A stretch of DNA of 64,000 nt from Balanoglossus misakiensis. Its lineage: Eukaryota > Animalia > Hemichordata. Location: contig CM082586.2 of the NCBI GenBank assembly GCA_040954595.2, forward strand, positions 248,001-312,000, given 5' to 3'. Made by a program: the position numbers and the translations under genes. Below, in pieces: positions 55,227-64,000 of the stretch; within the stretch, counting starts at the first letter, position 1, and each line of letters starts with the position of its first letter. The notes beneath the pieces are model-generated. The model did not search any database. It was not told the DNA's origin and saw only the letters and a program-made list of their open reading frames with translations.

Positions 55227-56825
55227 GGTAAATACTAATCAGTGCCAATAGATAATTTTCCTCTCATTGCGAGATCTCGCGAGACTCAAACAAATTAAAG
55301 AAATATTTTGATACAATATCATTTTGACTTAGGCGAGAACTTTTACCATTTTAATGTTTGTTTCTTTGCAGATATTATCTATTTTATCCTTGCACATCTT
55401 GTGTACTCATTATATTTTCGTAAGCCCGGAACTATTCAAGATATCTGAAATCTACGCAGGAGGTCCAATCGAAAGTGGTCTGTGAGTTGCAAGCATCTAT
55501 TCTCCTCAAACAAGATACATCAATCACATCAAAGTGTTGTATTCGAAAGTTAGACAGAGGAGTGTATTGAAAAATGACATTGTTGCTATCTAACATATGC
55601 CTTCTGTAGAGAAAACGAAAGTTTGTGGGTTTGCTCAATTTACTTGCAAATTATCCACACAGCCGTGTCCCCTTAATCTCAAATGAAAATCATTATTTAA
55701 GCAGAATACCTCATGTTTTGTTCAATGGAGTTTGTCGAGCGTCCATTTTGATAATGTAAATACTGAAACGTATACAGTAATCTGTCATAGTATTCTTTAA
55801 AAAAGTAGTCAGAATGTTTGTGAGTACGTTTGATATTCAATAATTTTAATACTACATATATCAAGTTTAAACATTGCATTTCATTTTTACTTACTGCCAC
55901 TGTGAGACATACAATTCACTCAAAAGTGAGATCTTTCATAGGAGCAAATTATTTTGATGATATTTCAAGTTAAATATGGATTTATGATAGGGTCAAAATA
56001 CCAAATAGATCACGAAGCGGGCTTCTACCATGTGAGTGTCCTTACATCTAGTTTTATTTATACTTTTATGTCTACAATCAGGTTTTTGTGCAATCTTGTG
56101 ATAGTGTCGGTGTTTGAAAGATTGTAACTGTGCCAACCATCCCTCGTTGTTCATGAATGACAAATTTTATAAATACAGTCGCAAGACTAGGCTTTGAACA
56201 ATTTGCTATATTAGGCACTTTCACAGGGAAACGCGAGATACATTGGTGTATAATATTTCATGATTAGCTAGAATTTTTCTCGTTCGTCTGCAGCTTTTTC
56301 CAAAATCGATAAACAGCTCACAATGAAGGGTGTTTCGAGAAAGATTACGATGCAGCTCGCCTAGAATAATTCTTAGAGATTTGAACATTTTCAAGATTTG
56401 AACATTTTCGTTACATGTGTGGCAAAACTAAAACGATACTTCTAAAAAATATGCTATAACAGTGAATTGTGTGGAAAGTTTTGAGTTAGAATGTTCACTT
56501 CCTGTAATATGTAATCAAGAAATTAAAATTGATTTTACAAAACATTTTTATTTCATTTTCATATCTGTCATCAGAAAATATACACCACTCTTATATTTGC
56601 CCCAGCTTCCAAACCACATACCTTCCGTGTGTAAATTTGTTGAGGGTCTCGACCCATTGATAATTCTGTAACTCGGTCAGAAGAGGCTACGCCAAGAATT
56701 TGTGGTCGCCATCTGAACAAAACATTCCAACGACAGCAGCGAGCGTGTGTGGTCGCGTTAGGGAACAGCACAGCTTGGCGAAAGTCCAGTGTCAGTATTG
56801 TCAGTGGGTCTATAATATATCATTA

Positions 56826-58760
56826 ATTAGGGTTTCGAGACCCTCTGGTCTCGAAACCCTCTTGAAATCGTGTTGTTTTTTATTATTATTATTATTCTTC
56901 TTCCCACTCTTAAAAACAGCCGCTATTCGAAGACCGTTGCACCCAATGACTTGAAATTTGGCTCATAGGTAAAACTCAAAGCAAGTAATTTTCTGATCAT
57001 GTAACTATGGCAACAGGTCACATGACCTGGCAGCCATCTTGGATTGAAAGTTTAAAATTGATCTCATTTGCATAAAAAATGACGAATCAAAATTCTTTGA
57101 ACAAACTTTGTGGACCATATGGCCAGGGTCCTATATGCAAAATTTCAATGTTCAAGTCTTTGCCGATTTTGAGGAGATGATTTTTAAAGCATTATTTTTC
57201 ATATTTTTCAAGACCATTGGACCCAGCCTTAGGCCTATACTTTCCATAGTTAAGCTATGGCCACCTAGGATCTTAGATTTATGCCCAATATCTCAACATC
57301 CGCTGGGCTGATCAGCTTCAAATTTATTGTGCAGCTAGCCTACCTTCCAACAATCAGTTCCAACTGGAAAAAATAATATGAAAAATCGACCGATTTTTTT
57401 ATATTAATTTTTTTATGAAATCTATACCTATACGTATTCCACTATAGTTAAGCTATGGCCAAGTCGTTTTGTAGAATTCTGGTTGGTGCAATAGTCCTAT
57501 CGGCCAGTGTGCAGCATAGGACCACAAAAAGAAGCCAAATTAATTCAAGGGTCACCTGTGACACCTGCCTAACTCATTAATTATGTGCATACCTAATTCG
57601 AGGCAAACCAATAGGGCTACAGGTCTGATTTTTGTTAGACATGGACCAGTATGGGGTCAAATTATCCCCCAAAATTTGGGGTGACCTTGAGTGACCTTTG
57701 ACCTTCTTCCGCATATCTCGGCATCCAGAGCAGGTACAGCTTAGGTGTTTGGGTGGATGGTACCAAATTAAGAAGCCAAATTCAAGGGTCACCTGTGACA
57801 CCTGCCTAACTCATTAATTATGTGCATACCTCATTCCAGGCGAACCAAGGGGGCTTCAGGTCTGGTGTTTGTTGGATATGTACCACTATGGGGTCAAATT
57901 TTCCCCCCAAATTTGGGGTGACCTCGGGTGACCTTTGACCTACTTCCTCATATCTCGGCATCCACAGCAGGTACAGCTTAGGTGTTTGGGAGGATGGTAC
58001 CAAAATAAGAAGCCACAATTTAGGGTCACCTGTGACACCTGCATAACTCATTAATTATGTGCAAACCTAATTCCAGCCAAACTAACAGGGCTACAGGTCT
58101 TGTGTTTGTTGGATATGTACCACTAGGGGATCAAATTGTTTTGCCCAAATTTTGGGGTGACCTTGGGTGACCTTTGACCTACTTCCACATATCTCAGCAT
58201 CTAGAGCAGGTACAGCTTAGGTGTTTGGGTGGATGGAACCAAAATAAGAAGCCAAAATTTAGGGTCACCTGTGACACCTGCCTTACTCATTAATTATGTA
58301 CATACCTAATTCCAGGCGAACTAACAGGACTACAGGTCTGGTGTTTGTTGGACATGGACCAGTATGGGGTCAAATTTTCCCCCAAAATTTCGGGTGACCT
58401 TGGGTGACCTTTGACCTACTTCCGCATATCTCGGCATCCACAGCAGGTACAGCTTAGGTGTTTGGGAGGATGGTACCAAAATAAGTAGCCAAAATTTAGG
58501 ACCACCTGTGACACCTGCCTAACTATGTGCATAACTAAGTACACACGAACCAATAGGGCTAGATGTGTGGTTTTTATTGGACATGGACCAATATAGTGTC
58601 AAAATTTTCTGCTCATATTTAGGGTGACCTCACATGACGTTTGGCCAACTTTCCCACATCCTCCACCCTGACTAATTAAATATGCACATATCTATCTCCA
58701 GGCGAACCAATAGGGCTCGCAGTGTCTCGAAACCCGCTTATTGCTGTTCACAGCTATATT
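56826..58760 (+). mobile_element. Non-autonomous Helentron-associated element (HINE/DINE-1-like)
   Basis: 5' palindrome AGGGTTTCGAGACC-ctct-GGTCTCGAAACCCT (56829-56860); short (ATT)n; subterminal inverted repeat GTCTCGAAACCC (58724-58735); 3' hairpin GCTGT-tc-ACAGC (58743-58754); internal tandem repeats; T-rich flanks; no transposase ORF. Confidence 0.75.
57549..58700. repeat. Tandem repeat, ~237-239 bp unit, 4 full copies plus a degenerate fifth
   Basis: GGGTCACCTGTGACACCTGC recurs at 57549, 57786, 58023, 58262 and (variant) 58499. Confidence 0.95.
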
Positions 58761-59481
58761 TAATAGATATAAATTGTGATATGAACCGCATTTTCTCGGA
58801 CGAAAATCTTTATCGCATACTTTGGTGAGGTTAATGGATAGATAATTATATGTTGCAGAGAGAGCATCAAAATAATATATAATTTTATCGGAATGATTAT
58901 TAATATGCTAATACTGTAACCCATCCGTTTTCTATCGAAAATCTTTGATTCTAATACTGGTGACAAGCAGCCGGTCGGACTTTTGGTAAAATATAAACAG
59001 GATACATACACATCCGCCTGTTTGCTTTCAGACTGTCAACATCCAAGTCCAGTAAACATTTGCTTTAAAGAGTTCTAAGCCAAGAGTATTTTTATGAGGT
59101 TAGTGTCATAGACATAACACTGCCCATATTTCAGCTATCAATAGAATACAAGCAAAAGCTGATTTCTAAATTTAGATATCAACGTGGGCGGGATGAGATG
59201 GCCCCTCTTATAGAGCATATACATTGACCATTAATTTAAAAACATTGGATTTTGTTACCCTACAGATTGTGCCTAGAAAATAGTAGAGTACCTTCCCCTA
59301 GGGGTTACAAAATTTTCATCGTTGTACATTGATTACGTATGATCTGCTTCATATAGCGTGCATGTATGTGTGTGAGAGAGAGAAATTGGAAATCTCCTGA
59401 AATCAATGACTTTGTTGATACAGTCAAAACCTCTAACGTATGTATAGTATTTTCAGACTGCAGTGAGTTACACGAACACTG

Positions 59482-60898
59482 TTAGCCACAGTAGTCGGGG
59501 GATTCGTCGCTTCCATCGGGACAATCTTCGTTATTGTCACACACCAGTAGAGATGAAATACAATCGCCTGAGTCACACGCGAATTCGGATAATTCACAAT
59601 TACTGGAATCAGAACTGTCCGACCCTATTTAAGAAAAAAAATCATAATATTAGGGAAATGGCATGTGTGTACGTCTCTTTGCTGTATGTTGATTGGCTGG
59701 CAATGAATGATACCGGTGAAACTGACCAATAGCAGAGCTTATTCAATGATACCACAACCTACCACAGTCTGCCTCGTCACTTCCGTCTTCGCAATCTTCT
59801 TCTCCATCGCATACATATTCATTAATGACACACCCACCGTCATCACAGCCAAAACGTAACGCACATGGGACTGAAGAGAGAGTGAAATATATACATGTAT
59901 ATAGAACCACAGGCAATCAAAATGACAGAGAGACAGACAGGTAGGCAGTCAGGCAGACAGACAAAAAGCTGGAAAGAGAGATAAATTGTCCAACTTACCA
60001 GAGCACAACTCTTGACCTTCATCGCTGTTGTCCGGACAGTTATTGTTTCCGTCACAAATGTTTTGTAGTAATACACAATGTCCACTATCACACTTGAAGT
60101 CATACGATTTACATTCGTAAGCTGAAATGACAAGATAATTCTGTATGTCACGTCACGATGATCAGAGATCTCAAAATTTTATTTTTAAATATTAAGTCTT
60201 TACTTACTGCAGTTTTCTTCGTCTGAGTTGTCAGGACAGTTAAACAAACTGTTGCAATGCCATAGCAATGGTATACACTGGTCTACCGTCCGGCATTTAA
60301 ACTCAGCAGACGTACAGGTAAACGCTAGCAAGAAAAAAATTAAAGTCAAAGCTTTAATAGCGAATGCTGTAAATGACACATAATCATCCAATGTCTGGCC
60401 AATCAGATGTGAAAACTGCCCTCTAGAGGTTCCTATAACATGCAGCTCTTCCTACCTGGAGTTGTTAGTTTGTTCGTTGGGAGCGTTGTAACTCCTGCAG
60501 CTGTTGGATGCACCGTTTGCGGTGTTGATGATGATGAAAGCATAGAGTCGATGGTGCCCGTACTTTGGTTCCTTTCAATGTAGAGTACTACAATTTTAAA
60601 CAATAATAATTCATATTTTACTTATAGTAAGTGCTTTGCACAAAATCACTATCATATTCATGGTAACAATTGCGTTCAACACCTTTTTTAATTATCATGA
60701 TCAGACACTAAAATTTGAAAGTCGCATGCAAAAGGGCCACTCTAGTAATTGACAATAAACAAAACTTTTAGACTTACCACCAAATATTACACCAGCGCTG
60801 CCAAGAACAGCTACAAAAACTGTTCCTATGACGACCCAAACTTTGATTGAACTTGAATTAGAAGCACAACTCCCAGCATTACCGCCAGTTCCTTCCAT
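59482..60898 (-). CDS. Type II membrane protein: TM, Ser/Thr-rich stalk, 4 LDL-receptor class A repeats; ~247 aa
   Basis: Exons 60898-60778 ([23 protein letters not shown]), 60587-60456 (stalk), and LDLa exons 60324-60208, 60121-59999, 59870-59763, 59624-59482. Each LDLa has 6 Cys and an SDE motif (CPDNSDE, CEDGSDE, CPDGSDE). All introns are phase 1. An upstream exon is possible. Confidence 0.85.
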
Positions 60899-62709
60899 GT
60901 CTGCATACGTTTTTATCTGTCGTCCCGATCACAGCGCTGTAGCTCAGTCACCGATCTGCGTCCTCGGAGATTCGATCTGTTGTGGACCACTAAAATCACC
61001 GCATTCGGGAAGGTAGTCTTATGCCTCGCTCTATTGAGCGGCAACAAAGAGAAGAATGACTTTCCATCACCGCTCATCCCGTTGGACTCATGGAATTTGA
61101 AACAAACGGCAAACACAACAGATAATACAAAAGCCAGGTGTTCAGTTACAGAATTTAATATATGAGCACAGTGTCATGCACTATACACTGCTACCATGAT
61201 ATTGTGAAGGTGCAGCCCGGCGAAAGTGCCCTTTTCACGCGGGGCTCGCTGACCCGTCGATAATCCTGACATGTTTTCGAGGCCTCCACAAAGGATAACC
61301 TCATTTCAAGAGTGTGGGTTCAGTGTGACATTACGGCACGTGCAGAAAGTTACCTGGGATTTCATTGGACAAAGCTATAAATGTCAGAGCCCTTTTCCAG
61401 ATGACGTCACGTATTTCGACACCAGCACGGTTTCGTCGTTAATTGAGGACTTGCTTGGAATGTCAAGCGGCTGTGAATATTGTAAAATAAATTTATCACA
61501 CAAATAAAAAAATAAAAAAGCCTAAAATTACCGCTTGTTAACTTCATCGTTGTAAGTGCCGACTGCACAAAGGCAGATCGATACTTTGTGCTTAACACTG
61601 CATGAACAGAAGCGTCAATTGCAGGGATTCCCAGGTAATATGTCTGTATTTGGCTACTCTGACGTGCTAGGCATTACAATGTCAGCGGGGTTTGTGAAAA
61701 AGTAGATAATTAAAAAAAGCACTGGTGTTGTGTATGCAATCAGAAATGGTATGAAAGGCCAGAGTGTTGAACTCTAGAGTCGCATTATATCTATCTTGTT
61801 GAAGAATTAAGCTGTCACGGCTTTTTCAACTGGAATTCTAATCCGGAAAATAAACACACTGCTTCGATATAAAAAAAACTGGTTTTCAGTGGGCACCGTA
61901 ACACAAGTGGTGCATTGAATATATCAGCTTAAATACTGGCGTAGCTTTCTTTCACTTCTGCAAAATCTTACATGAATATAACTCAGTGTGTTGTCAATTA
62001 ACGGCAATAAATAAATCCCACGGGTCTCGTGCTATCAAGCATTCTTCCTTCCTCCCCTCCCCTCCATCTTCCCCTCTCTCCCCCTTTCAACAAAATAATA
62101 AATAAAACCGTTGGCTGTTGTGTGCTATTCTGTGAATTTCAGTACATTTAGCATATGAATACATCTTGGTTTCAACTCGTCATAACAAGGTGTATGCCGC
62201 GATCCTATTGGCCGAGACTGGCACAGGTGCACATCTACATGCCACGTGGCATGGCTTGCTGCATGAGCGTGTCACTTTGGCTCAGTCAACCGTCATGTAT
62301 GGACGATGTCTTGGACCATTTTGGAGACGGAAAATACTCCGTTTTTGCAGTCGAGTTAAACGCTGTAAAGCATGCTCCGGGCTCGAGTCCCCATGTGTAA
62401 GGAAAACAAGACTTCCTTGAATTGGAATAACGTCGCGAAACTCCAACTTTGACTTTCCTGCTTGATAGAAGACATCTACATGGCATGCGGCATTGGACAT
62501 CACTCCAGGATTCAACGGACATTGTGTTTGCCATTCAAGGATGTTTCGCTCGGATCTACAGTTCATTGATTGCATGGAATGACTTTGCATGATCGTGAGT
62601 TACCGGGAATCTGGATATACACAGATCACTCTGGTGATTTGGAGGTTAGTTCAATCATGTTTTCTTATTGCACGTATTTTACCCTTTTGGCATATACAAT
62701 GCTTCACAA

Positions 62710-62763
62710 TGCGATACGATACGATACAATATCATACAATACAATACAAAACAATACAATACT
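62710..62763. repeat. Degenerate (ATACA/ATACG)n pentamer repeat
   Basis: gatacgatacgatacaatatcatacaatacaatacaaaacaatacaatac. Confidence 0.7.
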
Positions 62764-63179
62764 AAAATTTATAATCCGGCCCGGGGAGAAATTTCAAAAT
62801 GTCATGAAAGGTCAACAGGAGGTCATAGATACACGAAAAAGTGATCAAACACGTCATACGAATGTAATCAATATACATGTTAGAAGACATATCACATGGT
62901 GATAACGATTAATTTAGCAGTTTTTCAATTTGGACAGTTTGGAGTAGATGGATACTTTGTTTTGAAAGTGGAACGCTTTACTAAACCCGAAGGAAATGTC
63001 AAAGATTTTCTATACCGATAAAAGAGGGCGCACTCCACAGGGTCATCAGTTGATCCATTGTGAGACTGGTGTCAGTAGGTGACGTGTTTATTCTTGACAA
63101 AAATGGCCTCTTGGTCACAATTGACGCGACGTCCTTCGAATCCCGTCATATTTGAAAATTTGCATATTTAACAGCTGTA

Positions 63180-63771
63180 TCATTCTAACCAATGTATGTA
63201 GGTTGGCCAGTATATCATATTGAAAATTAAGAATGTTATGGGAAATAAAATCCGACTGAAATAATCAATAGATTCTGGCACGGAAAGTTTTGAGTGACCG
63301 ACAAGCAGAAAGTGTAATTTTGGTACCAGACGATTGTTTGTGTGTTCTTCAGATAAATCGAAGTCGATTCTCACATCAGTTGGTGTCAGCGATTTGGACG
63401 CCTACAATGCAATAAAAGAGTAGATATTTGTTAACCTTGCTTAGTTAGTAATCGTTCGCATAGAATCTAACAAAATATTTATACTGCTAATTTCCATAAA
63501 TCTGACCTGTTTGTGTGTTGCATAATTGGCTTTTTAATGACATGCGAGCAATTTTCATCGATCGACCTTTTATCTTACTTACATTGGTTTCGCTGTTTTT
63601 ATGATTGGTTTCGGTGATTGGTTGCATTTCCGTGGGAGGATTTACAACTTCCTTTTTCTTGTCTTGCCCGGACCTCTTCCTCTCTTTGAGAGTGATATAA
63701 TTAACTGCAGCGTATTCTACTAATGCAGCAAAGACGAATATCAGACACACAGACATCCACACGTCGATAGC
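63180..63771 (-). CDS. Cys-loop ligand-gated anion channel subunit (glycine/GABA-A receptor-like), last two exons (M3 to M4); 5' part lies beyond the window
   Basis: Exon 63771-63583 [25 protein letters not shown] (M3) and exon 63401-63180 [24 protein letters not shown] (M4). Confidence 0.92.
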
Positions 63772-64000
63772 CTGTCATGGCGGAAAGAAAACAATGTTCA
63801 ATTATCACTATTGATCTGCTTGAGAGGTTCAATTGATACAGATGTTGAAATTTTCACACTGCCTTGAGGTGTTAAAAATGGCGTCTGTTATTCTAGACGC
63901 CAGTGTTTGCACGTAATCAAATCGCAAAGCGTTATTGCAGAATGCTAATGAAATGCTCTCTGTCAACGAAAATAGCACACTTTTTGAATTCGTCAACCTT

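Noticed and set aside
57549-58700. CRISPR-like repeated array
   Set aside because: Whole ~237-bp units repeat with no unique spacers, there are no cas genes, and the context is eukaryotic.

Overview
AT-rich, intron-rich animal genomic DNA. Gene content and CUB/SLC22 sequence style suggest an invertebrate deuterostome, probably an echinoderm or hemichordate (inference). Gene order: ERGIC3 (-), whose 2-kb intron 8 hosts a tRNA-Pro(CGG) gene and a complete antisense ROMO1 gene; cytochrome P450 #1 (-); lipin (-); an (ATG)n microsatellite; a CH25H-like sterol hydroxylase/desaturase (+); an SLC22 transporter (+); a divergent PRD-class homeobox gene with a 1-aa insertion (+); P450 #2 (+); a ~1400-aa type II membrane protein (two NPxY motifs, TM, mucin stalk, 8 CUB domains) (+); a Helentron-type non-autonomous element with ~237-bp tandem repeats; a type II membrane protein with 4 LDLa repeats (-); and the 3' end of a Cys-loop anion-channel subunit (-). 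The most notable candidates are the protease-less CUBx8/LDLax4 convergent receptor pair, a possible sterol-modifying gene neighbourhood with a perfect DR4 element, and the atypical homeodomain. All exon structures were assembled by hand from GT-AG sites and reading frame; none is transcript-verified.
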